Shown piece after piece: positions 37,200 to 51,488 of a stretch of DNA of 64,000 nucleotides. This DNA is from Flaccisagitta enflata (lineage: Eukaryota): the NCBI GenBank assembly GCA_965153355.1, contig OZ231126.1, positions 4,960,001-5,024,000 on the forward strand. The letters run 5' to 3'. The first letter of the stretch is position 1. The number at the start of each line of letters is the position of its first letter. Below the pieces are notes generated by a model. It was given only the letters and a program-made list of their open reading frames with translations, ran no database searches and had not been told where the DNA came from. Both the position numbers and the translations under genes were made by a program.

Positions 37200-38890
37200 G
37201 GTTCCCTTTTTGGGCTGTGGCTGTAGGACACGGGTGAATTTTTAGACGTCAATCCACCCCCCACTATTGGGTCCTCAAATCAGCACTCTCAGGCCTGATT
37301 TTGGCCCTCATGCCCTCAAATCAGCTTTCCAGACCTCATATCTGCTCTCAAGACCTCGAGGCTTCAAATCAGCTTTCAATACCTCAAATCTGCCCTTTAG
37401 GCCTCAAGCCTGGCGCCTGACCTCAAAACTGCTCTTCAGGCCAAACCAGTCGCTGAAGGGCAATATGTGGTCAGCAATACTCCTTACCCTGCTTTTCATG
37501 ATTGTGAATATGAGCGGGGGTAGCAGGGAAGTGGCCCGTCCATCCATCCATGAACTGAGGGGGCAAATTTGAAGCCGAAAGAGGATGGTTAGAGGCCTGA
37601 GAGGGTTTTTTGGGCAGCAGCCCCAAAGGGCACGAAGTCCTATAGAACACAGGGGGAATCTGTCCGTCCATCTATATGTCCTTCGGTCCGTCCATCCATC
37701 TGTCCCTTCCTCACCTCATCTTTAGGGCTTTGTCTCCTTTAGGGCCTATTCTGACCCAAATTCTGCCAAATAGCCCAAATTCAAGCAATATGGCCCATAT
37801 CTTAGCAGAATGGCCCAAATCCTAGTATAATGGATCAAATTCAAGCAAAATGGCCCAAATCTAGCCAGCAATCCCACAATTTGGCCTGAGGTCCATCATT
37901 TTGGCCCCTTAGACCTATGTTGTGGTTTCCAATACCTAGATTCTGACCAGATTTGGGCCATTTTGCTTTGATTCGAGCCATTTTGCTTGAATTTGGGCCA
38001 TTATGCTTGGATTTGGGCCACTTTGCTGACGGTTGGACGGATCAACCAATCAACCTGTGTTCTACAGGACTTCTTCTCCTTCGGGGCCATTGCCCTGCTC
38101 CCCCTCAACGTAAACCACACACTACTCAAGCAGGGCACGGGTACCGCTGACCATTTACTGCCTTTGGGTTGATTTGAAGCCTGTGTGGGCTCATTTGAGA
38201 CCCAAGGCCTGATTTGAGGTCTGTTAGGGCTGATTTGAGGTCTGAGAGGGCTGATTTGAGTCCTGTGAAGGCTGAGTTGAGGTATAAGAGGTCTGAAAGG
38301 CTGGATTTGAGGCCTGAGAGACCTGATTTGAGGCCTTATAGGTCTGATTTGAGGCCTGAGAGGCCTGATTTGAGGTCTGAGTTGCCATAGGGGGAAGACA
38401 AACAAATTGAAGAACAATCAAATGAACGAACACACATCCCTGGTGTTCTACAGGACATTGTCCCCTTTGGTGGGACCAACCAACCAACTGATGGACATTC
38501 ATAGCAGGTTGTAGAGTCAAATAGCATGCGACTAAAAAACAAGTCTTCAAATCAGCCTTCCATGCCTCAAATCAGCTTTCAAGACCTCAAATCTGCCCTT
38601 TGAGCCTCAGGCCTGCCGCCTGATCTCAAATCTGCTCTTCAGGCCAAAAAAAAGGGGACCAACCAACCAACCAACTGATGGACAAACGGACAGATGGACA
38701 GACATAGGGGGAAGACAAATGAATTGAAGAACAGACGAATTGAAGAACAATCAAATGAAGTCCCCCTATGTTCTACAGGACTTTGTTCCATTTGGGCCGC
38801 TGCCCTGCTTCCCCATACTCAAATTCGCAACCATGCAAAGCAGGGCTATGGGTATTGCTGACCACATATTGCCCTTGAGCGACTGGTTCT
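37200..38890. mobile_element. Cluster of diverged family B Helentron-type elements
   Basis: Repeated GTCCTRTAGAACACAGG / TGTTCTACAGGAC motifs, GCTGACCACATATTGCCC tails and 21-bp repeats. Confidence 0.6.
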
Positions 38891-39194
38891 GATTTTTTGT
38901 TGCATGAACGCGAATACATGCTTTTTTGAACCGCCTTTTGGTCCAACCTTTGGTCCATCCGTTGATCAGTCCATCCATCAAACTTTACTTTCTTGACATT
39001 AATAGACAGTTATTGCCTTATTGCTCCTGCCTACTTGGTTAGCCTTATTTAGCAGCGGCCAAGAGGCTCAAATTCCAGCCATGAGGATGAAATTCCAGCC
39101 AAGAGGCTCAAATTCTATCCTCAAGACTCAACTACCAGCCTCGAGGCTGAAATACCAGCTTCAAGGCTCAAATACTAGCCCCTAGGCTCAAATA

Positions 39195-40599
39195 CAGGGT
39201 GTTTCACGCGTTTTGAGGTTTAAAGAATCGACATAGTTTTTCTCCCAGAAAAGTTATTCCAATTCTGAAAAAAGGTCTGAATAGATCTTGAAGTGCAGTT
39301 TTTTTATGTCACCAATTTTTTATACCTGCGCTTTTAAATATGCCCACTATGAAAGTTTGAAGAAAACAACCATATCCAGCATGCATCTTTTATCCGGATA
39401 ATCATGGCAAAAAAATGGAAACTACTTGTTTGTTAGCATTTCACATCCAAGCAATAAGAAAAACATAACAAAATCCATGACCATCTTGAAGCTCTGTGAA
39501 AGATCTTTCCAATGAGACCTTGCCGGTTGTCATATCTCTATCTATTTAGAAATGGCAGAAGAATGAAGACAGGTGGTCAAGAATTTGGAAAGTCAGTAAC
39601 ACCCAATTTTCATGGGCTATCTTTATTGTAACATAGAAATTGAACAAATTGAGTTGGAAATTTGTTCTTGGCTCTATTTTATATAAAATTCATGGCTCTT
39701 TAATTTGCTCATGGACATCGAGTAGCTAAGACAATCCTGAGTTTGTAATTGACAAAAATGAAAAGAGTAAAATTTCTCGATGAAAACAAAATTGAAAGGA
39801 GCATTTTTTCAATTTGTGATTTTTTTCTTTAATATTTTGCCATTTCTAAATGAATGAAGCTACAATGTCCTGCAACGTCGCGTTTTGAAGATTTTTTGCG
39901 GAGCTTTTAAACAGTCATGGATTTTTTGTAGTTCAGGCCAATAGTTGACCAGAAACTAGTAAAAGAAGTTGTCCATTTTTTTCTTTACCATGGTTAGTTA
40001 ACTGGATAATGTTGTTTACTTTAAACTCCCGTTGCTCCCAAGCTAAAAAACGCAAATACAAAAAATTGGTGACATAAAAAAACTGCACTTCAAGATCTAC
40101 TACTCGACTCAAAAAAAAAGCCGCACCCTATTTTGAGTTGATGAATAAAGAAAAAAAAATGATCTGAAAGTTTTTCTGTTGAAGTGATTTTTAAGATTTT
40201 TGAATTTTCTTTCATTCTAGACCAATCCCAGATCTGTATCTCAAACGATTTAGGAGCTAGAGCTCGGCAAAGAGAAGCACTATTTTGCTATTATGCATTT
40301 TTTTCATAGTGATTGCGAAACTGAAATGGGCAAAGTTTTTACTCAAACTAATGCTATTTCTAAACAAAAAGAGATACCAATACCAGATTAGCGCCAAATG
40401 AAAGATCTTTTCAAGAGCTTTCAAATGGTCTAAGATTTTGATTAGTTTTTTTGAAATTCAGTATGACAATTTGTCATTTAAAAGTGCGGCTTTTTTATTG
40501 AGTCGAGTAGTATTCAGACCTTTTTCCAGAATTGGAATAGCTTTTCTAAGAGAAAAGCTATGTCGATTTTTTAAACCTCAAAACGCGTGAAACACCCTG
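39195..40599. mobile_element. Tc1/mariner-type MITE with long TIRs, inserted in a 20-bp repeat array
   Basis: TA|CAGGGTGTTTCACGCGTTTTGAGGTTTAAA ... TTTAAACCTCAAAACGCGTGAAACACCCTG|TA. Confidence 0.9.
40100..40510. mobile_element. TA-targeting MITE nested in the right TIR of the 39195-40599 element
   Basis: TA|CTACTCGACTCAA..AAAGCCGCAC ... GTGCGGCTTTTTTATTGAGTCGAGTAG|TA. The host left TIR shows the empty site GATC-TA-TTCAGA. Confidence 0.9.
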
Positions 40600-41615
40600 T
40601 ACTAGCCTCAAGGCTCAAATACCAGCCTCAAGGCTGAAACACCATTCTCAAGGCTCAAATACCAGTCTTGCGGCTCAAAACTAACCTTTCAGGTTAAGCT
40701 CTCATTGTAGAGACTTTAGACTCACTAAGCATAGGTCATCAGCCCCTTTGGGGCTGCCGCACCTCTCACTACCACACATCAGTTTATGCTTATATACGGG
40801 CCATTTATTACTACCCCTGCCCACCAGCACACAATTTGGATAGCTATGTGTCCGGCCTGATTTGCTGAAGAAAAAAAAACAGAAGGGACTCATGATTTTG
40901 GTTATATTTTGCCATTTTGGCCATTTTGGGCCCTTAAAGGGCCCCTGAAGGACCCTTCACGGGCCCTCATCCTGAATATTTCCATGACCCATCTGAAATT
41001 TTTAAATATCTTTCAAACGAGACCAATACCAAGTTTTTTTTTCCAACCTGTTTAGAAATAATAAAGAAAATAAAGTAAACAATCATTTTCATACTTCCAT
41101 CATCAAGAAGGCTGTAAAGATCAGCAGATTGACGAAAATATTATAGCTAAAAATATTTCGCGACGGTTTTCCGGCATTCAGTACTCAATTTTGGGTCGGA
41201 ATGACCAAGAATTGGACGATGGTCTGTTTGTATATGTACTTCCCATTAATTACGAATCGTGGCGCGTTTCTCGCATTTTCAACTCGAGAGTGATGGACGG
41301 ACGGACGGACGGACGGACGGACCGACAAAGCCTCTTATGGAGTTGCGTGTCCGCAACTAAAAACATGAATGATGAATGAATCGACTATTGAGTAATAAAG
41401 TGATTTATGCCAATTTCTGCGATTTTTCAGTAAGGCGTGACTGACGGACCGGACCCACCGACCAACACACGGACGAACGGACAGAGCCTCATACAGAGTT
41501 GCGTTGGCGCACCTAAAAAGAGAGTGGCAGGCGTGCAGATGGCAGCCTCAGAACCCGACTGTAGGTGTCGCGCCTCAAAAATCTCACCCAGAGAAACAGG
41601 AAAGATAGGTGAGGA

Positions 41616-41723
<108 letters not shown>

Positions 41724-41954
41724 TTTCTTTCACGTAACTCTCTAGTAGTATCGAAAATTAAAAAAACTCTCTCTCCAGTTTTTTTTCTCGGCATTGAAGA
41801 AACCAGAGGGCAAATTTGTGGTTATTTTTTCTTTGTTGGCAGGGTCTCAAGTTTGGCGGTAGGATTGAAAACAACAACAACAACAACAACAACCACAACA
41901 ACAACAACGACAACGACAACAACAACAACAACCACAACAACATCAACAACAACC

Positions 41955-42008
<54 letters not shown>

Positions 42009-42015
42009 ACAACAA

Positions 42016-42663
42016 CGGCAATCATCTAGAATCCGGGATTGAGATTTTCAGAGGCGAAGACTTTTGTTTCTGTAGGACTCGGGCGAGCTCGACGAAGGTT
42101 ATTGACGTTCTTTATACACTGTTTATGTTTAGGGTTAGCGGTGGGGTTTGAGTTAGGAGTTGCGTTAGGGTTAGTAGTGAGGTTAGGGTAAGGATTAGGA
42201 GGGTTAGGGGTTAAGGGTGGGGTTAGGGTTAGGGTTAGGAGTTGGGTTAGGGTTAGTAGTGAGGTTAGGGTTAGGGTTAGGAATGGGGTTAGGGTGGGGT
42301 TAGGGTTAGGGGGTAGGGTTAGGGTGGGGTTAGGGTTAGGGGTGGGGTTAGGGTGGGGTTAGGGTTAGGGGGTAGGGTTAAGTTTGGGGGTAGTTTAGGG
42401 ATAAGGGTTAGGGTTAAGATAAGGGAGGTGGTGTTAGGGTTAGGACTGGGGTTAGGGTTAGGGGTGGGGTTGGGGTTAGGGATGGGGTCAGGGGTAGGTT
42501 TAAGGGTTAGGGTTAAGGTTAGGGGTGCGGTTAGGGTTAGGGGTGGGGTTAGGGGTAGGGGTGACGTTAGTTGTTTTAGATCATGTCAATTTCAATTGAG
42601 CTTTTTCATCATGCGTCTTTGATAAAACAGTTTTACTCAATCCCGGATACTAGATGATAGCCC
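42016..42663. mobile_element. MITE carrying a degenerate (TTAGGG)n array (~42128-42562), inserted in a (CAA)n tract
   Basis: 28-bp TIRs CGGCAATCATCTAGAATCCGGGATTGAG / CTCAATCCCGGATACTAGATGATAGCCC, with CAA repeats on both flanks. Confidence 0.8.
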
Positions 42664-42673
42664 AACAACAACG

Positions 42674-42715
<42 letters not shown>

Positions 42716-43536
42716 GACATAGAGATTATTCTAACCTTCTGAGCAAAAATTCTCTTCTTAAAATTTTCGACACACCATACTTTCTCCAATGAGTGCTCCC
42801 CCCCCCAAAAAAAAAACAACAAAAAAACAATCCCCTTTTTCATTTTATTTGTATCCATTAAAAATGAAAGGAAAAGCTGACACAGTATCATAAAATGACA
42901 ACGCTAAAGCAACCATTCTCACTGACTAGTTCTTTAATCAATTGTTTTTCTATCTCACAGCAATCAAAATGTTGGAAAAATGTATCCCATCATACTTCTT
43001 TCTTTCATTCTTTCTCCTTTTCATTCTTTCTTCTTTTCATTCATTCTTTTTTTCTGTCATTCTTTCTTTCTTTCTTTCTTTGTTGTTTTCTCAATTTTGT
43101 TCTTTTTTTGCTTTCTTTCTACTGTCCTTTCTTGCTTTCTATACTTTGTTTATTCTTGTTTTAGGAACATTTGCGCGGCAGATTGTGGAGTAATCAGGTT
43201 GGAAAAAAAGTTGACTGATTTTTTAAATAAGCGAAACGACTATGAAAATGTGATAAAAAAATGAAAAATTAATCATCTTGCTTGTCTAGTATTATGTAGA
43301 AAGGGCCCATAGAGTCAGAATGTCATTTTTCAGCGAGTAAAAAAGGTGAGGTTTAGAGAAATGAGACTTACTGTGAAATAAGATACTTTTGCGCTTGTAA
43401 AAAGGCCTGTACGCCGCTGTAATCAAGGGGACATATAGTTTTGACCTTGCTGATTCTAAATCTGGTTTCATTTTTTTTCCGATTTCATCCGAGGCAACGC
43501 GATGAAAATAATATTGATAAGAGGAAGCATCTCTTA

Positions 43537-43823
43537 ACAAGCCCGAACTGGCAACGATGCGTCCAGACTGTGTCTCTGCGTATATTGATCATGTGACACA
43601 TATGGATTGACAGATGGACAAACAGACAGATGGAACGACAAGAGTAGTAATGGAGGCTCTCAAATCATGTTTGTCTCGCAGCAGATTCAGTGTAGGATCT
43701 CGTCGTGGCCTAAAACGGCTGAAAACCGCGGTTTTTGCACAGGCGTAACAGACGGACGGACGGACGGACGGACGGACGGACGGACAAACCCTCTTATAGA
43801 GATGCGAGGACGCATCTCAAAAG
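43537..43823 (-). mobile_element. Helentron-type element (AGATGCG/CGCATCT head)
   Basis: (GGAC)n followed by CTCTTATAGAGATGCGAGGACGCATCTCAAAA; same layout as the other families. Confidence 0.5.
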
Positions 43824-43891
43824 TGCCAACCAAAATAGCGTCATGGAAATTGCGCGTAAAACGCAAGTTAATAGTTTGCGCTCGTATATTT

Positions 43892-44488
<597 letters not shown>

Positions 44489-44638
44489 GTTTTAGTGGCT
44501 TTTTTTCTCTTTATTGTTCTCATACTGTTCTATACTTCAATATCATCATATTTGTTGAGCGCATGTTCGGCTACTGGAAGATGTTGATGATGTACCTGCC
44601 AAACGTACGCGCGTTGACCGCCAAAAGCTTTCCATCTA

Positions 44639-44882
44639 TTTTTAGTTGCGGACACCCAACTCTATAAGAGGCTTTGTCCGTCCGTCGGTCAGTCGGTCAG
44701 TCAGTCCGATGGTCCGTTGATCTGTGGTGTTCGAGTTGAAAAATGCGAAAACACGCATTTTAGACGCTGCTGTGCGATAGTCCGTGCGCGTGAGTGTGTT
44801 TGGGGCAGGTGAGGGTGTGAATGGGGGTTGTATGCCCCTGCCCACCCGCCTGCAATGATATTGTGACCCTGCGTCACTTGTT
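44639..44882 (+). mobile_element. Helentron-type element family D; related pieces at ~699-800, ~35690-35800 and ~41280-41363
   Basis: TTTTTAGTTGCGGACAC head, GTCC microsatellite. Tail ATATTGTGACCCTGCGTCACTTGTT is shared in reverse complement with the other copies. Confidence 0.65.
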
Positions 44883-44890
44883 CCATTGAC

Positions 44891-44994
<104 letters not shown>

Positions 44995-45482
44995 AACACG
45001 CTGATAAGACAACAACCCACCGCTTGCCCCTTCCTACACTCCTCGACACTCCACGTTGTTTTAAAAATCACCATCACTTAGCAGTTTTGAGGAAGATTAA
45101 AGGATCATCGTCCTTTACTATTGTGGTGATGTACGGCTTAAATGAGTCTTTGTGGTTAAGTATTTGGTGGGCGATGTTACATGCTCATTTTGGACGGGTA
45201 CCCAGCATGTTCCAAGTCGAATTTTCATCGCCAAACGGATTTCAAACAGTTAGAAAGTTAAATCCAAACAAGTGACAGCCTCGCTAGAACGGCGCCAAAA
45301 TCAATATGGCGCGTAATATGTTAGAAAAGTAGTTAAAATATGCAATATGGGGTATCAATCGAAAGCCCTTGATATTCTGCATCGATTGATACCAATAATT
45401 GTGGTTTCGGAGAAAATTTTTTTTTTCGTCATACTTTCCTACTTGTTTTCCCTATTTCGTTTTTTCTTGCCTTCTTCCCTCC

Positions 45483-46131
45483 TTTTTGGGCAGCGGCCCC
45501 GAAGGGGCCGATGACCTATGCTTTCACACAGGGGAAATTTCTCCTTCTCCTCCTTCTTCTCCTTCTACGTCCCCCCCCTTGGAGGCCATATTCCAGCATC
45601 GAGGCCCAACTCCTAGCCTCGAGGCCCAAATCTCAGCCTCGAGGCTCAGATCCCAGCCTCAAGGCTCAAATCCCAGGTTTGAGGCTCAAATCCCAGGCTC
45701 AAGGCTCGAATCCCAGGCTCGAGGCTCAAATCCCAGGCTCTAGGCTTGAAACCCAGCCTCGAGGCTCAAATCCCAGCCTCGAGGCTCAAATCCCAGCCTC
45801 GAGGCTCAAATCCCAGGCTCTAGGCTCAAATCCCAGGCTCTAGGCTCAAATCCCAGCCTCAAAGCTCAAATCCCAGCCTCAAAGCTCAAATCCCAGCATT
45901 GAAGCTCAAATTCCAGCCTCCAATTTCAATTACCAGCCTCCAGGCTCAAATCCCAGCCTCCAGGCTCTAATCCCATCCCCAGGCCCTAATCCCAGCATTG
46001 AGGCTCAAATAAAGTCAGCATAGGTCATCGGCCCCGTCGGGGCCGCTGCCTCACTTACCATCTCACTCCCACATACACTCATATAGGGGCAACGGGTACC
46101 GCTGACCATCTAACGCTTTTGCGACTATTTT
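45483..46131 (+). mobile_element. Helentron-type element family C with 20-bp tandem repeats
   Basis: TTTTTGGGCAGCGGCCCCGAAGGGGCCGATGACCTATGCT head, about 20 copies of GAGGCTCAAATCCCAGCCTC, subterminal inverted head, tail GGGTACCGCTGACCATCTAACGCTTTTGCGACTATTTT. Confidence 0.75.
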
Positions 46132-47233
46132 CCCTCATTTCTTTTCATTTTTTTCCTCATTTCTTTTCTTTTCCTTTCTTTTGATCTCATTCCATGATTT
46201 TCCGACAAGCCTAATGCTTTTCCGGGGAGCGGCGCTCCTCGCTCCCCCATATTCTGTATGTCTGAACAAAAACAAAAACAAAAACAAAAACAAAAACAAA
46301 AACAAAAACAAAAACAAAAACAACCGCAACAACAAAAACAACCGCAACAACAAAAACAACCGCAACAACAACAATGAGGACGAAGATAACTCCGCTTGGC
46401 TCATAATTAGAAACAGGTCGATATGACGCATTGCAAAGATACAATGTCATTTTAGCACAGAGTAACAGACATATCAATAGATACTGTTTTGAAGAAAACA
46501 GATATGTACGCAATGATCGCAATCTTTGTACTGTGCGTATGCCAATGTTTGTTTCTGTGTCAGTGTGAGTGTCCTTATGCTTATTTTTGCTTCTGTGTAT
46601 GTATCTGTTTGTTTTTTGCGTGTGTAAGTGTGCTTGTTTTGTTTTCCATCTGATTGTTTTTCTGTCTGTGTGAGTGTGCTTATTTCTACTTCTGCGTCTA
46701 AGTGCCTTTGTATAAAAAACGCAATTAGCAATTTAGAGAAAAGAAACTGTATCTCTGTAAAAGCACTTTTGATAATTCATACTGTATTAAGAATTTGTCC
46801 TTCGTAAGTTTTCTCAACGTATTCTTTCTCCCTTTTAAAAGTCACATTCCTTTCTGACTGGTCAATTCTCATTTTCTCCTTTTCGTAAGAATCACGTTGC
46901 CTTCTCAGTTTGGCGGCCTTCGTCTTTAATTCAGTCTTTATTTCAATGCCGCCTAAGAACAACAATTGTTGCCAAAAAAAATGTAATCTTTCTTTTTGTA
47001 ATAACTTTTTCTTTCTATTTTATGTTTTCTTGTTTAATTGAAATTTGGAATGATTCACTTACATTAAATCCTTCGTAAAGAAAAGAACTCTGGACTTTTA
47101 TTTTTCTCCCTTTCGTGGAAAAAAGGGAAATTGAATCTCTGCAATTCTCCGTCGATAAATTGTGGAAACAAAGACGCTTAATTCTGCAGTTTGGTTATAA
47201 CTATAGATAGATACTTAAAAGAGATAATATATA

Positions 47234-47332
<99 letters not shown>

Positions 47333-47596
47333 GCTAGAATCCCGCAATTTGACTACAATCACAATTCCCGATTACTCCCGTTTGAAATTGATAACCTCAG
47401 CAAAATAAAAGAAGTGAAACTGATTTAAATCCTCGAAACCCAAATATCTTCAATCAGCTTTATCTTCTATTATTTTGTCATCCTATCAACAGCAGGTTCA
47501 TTATAACCAACCCCTCCATTTATTTTATGGCGTCCCTTCATTTGATCTTCCAACTTTTCATTCAATTTCAAGCAGGCCAGAATTGGATGTGAAAAA

Positions 47597-48225
47597 TAGT
47601 CAGGCGGACTATTGTGATCACATAGGAACATAGTCAGGCGGACTATAGTGGTCACATTGGAACAAGTGCACTTTACGAGTCACTTGCAGGAGAACGAGAA
47701 CCATAGGTGTGCTTTACGAGCCACTTGGAAGAAGAAAAGGTACTTTGCGAGTACCCAAGGAGACAAAAAGTGTGCTTCACGAGCCACAAATTGGAAGTGG
47801 TGAATTTGAAAGTGGTGAATTAGAAAGTGGTGAATTTGAAAGTGGTGATTTTGGAAGTGGTGATATAGGAAGTGGTGAATTTGACCAATTTGAAATCTCA
47901 CAGGAGTTGAGATTGACCAGTACGAAAATTCCTGGGGGAATCTGGTCTATATATTGGTCAAAATTATTATCTCACAGGTGTTGAGATTGACCAGTTTGGA
48001 AATTCCTGGAGGAATCTGGTCTGAATATTGAGTCAATTGTATTGACCAGTTTTATCTCACAGGGGCTGAGATAAAGAAATAAGCCAGGCAGGCTTAATTG
48101 GAGAAAAGGTCTGAAAGAATTGACCTATTTATATCTCACAGGGGTTGAGATAAAAAACAAGCCAGGCGGGCTTAATTGGAAGAAGGGTCTAAAGACCAAT
48201 TTATACCTCACAAGGGTTGAGGTTT
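47597..48225 (+). repeat. Tandem repeats in the putative 5' leader of a BEL/Pao element
   Basis: 34-bp duplication at 47597-47663, about 6 x 15-bp GAAAGTGGTGAATTT at ~47791-47885, ~75-bp CTCACAGG..TTGAGA units at ~47897-48220. Confidence 0.75.
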
Positions 48226-48312
48226 ATTAAAAATAATCCAAAGTTGGATTTTTGATTGTGGAAGTTGATCTCAGACTTGTTTTAGCTATGGTTAACAGTA
48301 ACAAGCGGTTAC

Positions 48313-49830
48313 ATGGACACTAAACAAGCTGAAAAAATCTATGATCAATGGGGAAAATCTGTTTCCCAAACAGTTATCCGTCAGTGGAATCACTTGCTTA
48401 GCAAAAGAAAAGAAACTCATAAAAAAGTTCATGGCTTGGTTAAGAGATTGGAAAAACTCTTAAAACAAAAACGTCTGGAATCTGTGATTCAAACAAAAAT
48501 CTCCTTATCAAATGAATTTGATGCATTAAAAGTTTACATAGAGAAAGAGGTAGAATTTTTACCTGAATCTGTGAGAGAAGCTCATTGTAAACTAGTTGGT
48601 GACTGGTCAACAGAAGCAATACGTGCTCTTGCAGAGGCGAAAGAGTTTGTTGATTGGGCTGAGCAAAAACTGACTGAAAACCAACCTGAGGAAGGAGAGG
48701 AGGAGATTCAGTTATCTTCGACTGATTCTGAATCTGAAGAGGAAGAGATCAACGATAACCCCCATTCAACCCCTAAAAATCTTCACACCATGGATGCTAT
48801 CACAAATTGTGAATCCAAACTTCCTCAGGCACAGAAAGACCTGTTGGAAACGAAAAAATTGGAAAGAAGGTCAGTTCGTGGCCGACTTACAAAAGCTATC
48901 AACAAATTGACAAAAGACATAGATTCTGGCGAAAAATTTGCAGTTGCAAATTCCAGAACCAACCTCTCAGAGGCTCTGAAAGAGTTGGACAAAAAAGATG
49001 ATGAAATTTGGGCATTTTATGATGAGGATGCTATGGCAGCAGATTTGGAACTGGGAGAAACATGGACTGAAAGAGGTTCAACTGCCATCACAAATGCAGA
49101 CAAATTTCTCAATCCTTCAGCACATACCAACACTATCCCTCCTTCCTCTACAACTCCTGCTGCATCTACATCCAATCACGCGAGAACACCCAAAATAGAG
49201 ATCCCAAAGTTTTATGGGAAATCTCCGGCGGAGTACCAAACATTTTGGAACTCATTCGAATCTCTCATTGATAAGCGCACTGATTTGGCAAATGTGGAAA
49301 AGCTCCTTTACTTAAAGGATGCTTGTGTTGGTGAAGCCAAGAAACTGGCAGATGGGTACAACATAACCGATGTCAGTGCCAATGACCATTTCAAAAATTT
49401 CTCAAAAATGTTTGGGATTGGATTGGTTCAGCAGTCACATGTCAAAAACATTTTGAACCTCAAACCAGTCGATACCGACTGCATCAAGCCATTCCTTACA
49501 ACATTGGAAACCTCAATGAGATGTCTGGCAGAGTATGGCATAGACATGGACAATGGGTCTTAGTTATGTGACCTGCCACATTTGAGGAACTCATGTCAAA
49601 GGAAATTTTGCAAACATGGTGTGTTGAAATCAATGATGATGATTCATTTTCAACAAAAAAGCTGCTGGACTTTTTGCATGAAAAGTTGCAATGTTATGGC
49701 ACAGCATCTGAACAAAAAAAAAACTGATGCAAAAAGCAAAGACACACGAGCAAAGACTACATTGATGCTCACTACTGCAAGTAGAGAGGTGACATGCTTC
49801 TGTTGTGACAGAGATCACAGAATTTTCAAG
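48313..49830 (+). mobile_element. gag: BEL/Pao LTR-retrotransposon gag relic (ORF 48313-49563, then broken; no pol)
   Basis: PKIEIPKFYGK..EYQTFWNSFESLI....L..VEKLLYLK...GEAK is the typical Pao gag (DUF1759-type) motif. Partial zinc knuckle CFCCDRDH at ~49795. Confidence 0.85.
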
Positions 49831-50030
49831 GTAATAAGATGTAAGGTATCTTCTTTTAGATTTGAGACGCCTTCATCATCGATGTCTATACCACTATCTG
49901 TCTGTCTGAGTGTCTGTCTGTCTGTCTGTCTACCCTTCTCTTTGTCAGCCTGTCTGCCTGTCTAAGTTCCATCGTACGCTTCTTTTGATAGTGGACTGAT
50001 CGAAAATTAGGGGAACCCGCGCTAAGATCT

Positions 50031-50176
<146 letters not shown>

Positions 50177-50622
50177 TTCCTCCCTTGCCCTTGGTCTTCT
50201 TATTATGAACCCCCATTCAGTTTTTTTACACCACCCTTTACATATTCCTTCATAAAACTTTTTTTCTCGTCTTTTTGCTTACATTGCCTGTTTCTACATA
50301 TGAAAAACGCGTTTATATAAGGAAATTCGGTAGCTCGCTCCGTTCATTTGCTTGCACCGCTTGCTTTACTCTTTCTTCACAGCACTCTGCTTTGCTATAC
50401 TTGCTTTGCTTGCTTGCTCCATTGACAGGCTCAGCCACTCACTCCACTCACTGTCTCATGGGTTAGTTCAAATTCAAATGAATATGTGTTCATACTGTAA
50501 ATGCGTATAGCAGGAAATTCTAGGAATAATTGCGATCATTGTCCTTACTAGAAACACGCCCAGCGACTGCAGCGACCAGAAATCGTAAAAGCAAAACCAC
50601 ACCACGGCTCAGCTCAGCCAAG

Positions 50623-51093
50623 AAAAACAAGGTCAACAAACCTTAGTCGCGTGGTATCTAGGGTGATACATGTAATTCAGGTAATTACGGTAATTGCATA
50701 ATAACTAATAATTACCTAACAATATTTATCTTAATATTTGTCTGAATATACCTATCTTCATAGTACTTATCTTTTATATCTTCACAATAGTTTTCTTACC
50801 AATCTTCATAATCTAGTTGTGCTTGCTCTCAATTAAGGGGCAGTTACCAGGGAATAGAGCACAGGCAGTGATCACTTGATATAAAAAATCTATAACAAAT
50901 TATAAATCATAATTACATTATGACTTAAAACTACCTATAATTACCTATGATTAGTTGAAATAACTTGTTATTACCTTTTATTGCCTTTGAAATGACTTTA
51001 GAGCCTATATTTGAAAAATGTGACGGACAGTCCGGCAGACCGACCGACCGACCGACATAGCGGCTTCTAGAGTCGCGCTCACGCGACTAAAAA
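50623..51093 (-). mobile_element. Helentron-type element family A with short central ATTACCTAT repeats
   Basis: Reverse complement of the 32082-33852 termini (AGTCGCGTG ... (GACC)n ... AGTCGCGCTCACGCGACTAAAAA). Confidence 0.7.
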
Positions 51094-51450
51094 GGCTCAG
51101 CTTAGAGAATTTTCTTGGTTTCTTTTCTTTGTGTCACTTTCACGGGTTTTTGGGTCCCCGTTTTTTTTCTTTGGATGCTTTTTTACCGTTCTTTTTTTTA
51201 CTTGGGGAATTTTTTCTCACATTTTCCCCCTTCCCCAATCTTTACCCCCACCATCCCCTTCTCCCCCTTTTCACCCTACACCCCTTTCCCATAAAAGATA
51301 GATTTTTGTTCACGATATCAGGATTTTTGTACAATTAGTTTCTTCAAAGACATTACTCAATTAGCAATTTTACCCGAAAAAAAAAAATCTACCAAAAAAA
51401 ATGTGGCGTTGCAATGGTGAGGAGTCACATTCCGTATGATTTTTGTTGTC

Positions 51451-51488
<38 letters not shown>

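Noticed and set aside
42128-42562. True telomere or chromosome-fusion site
   Set aside because: Short, degenerate, single orientation and enclosed by TIRs.
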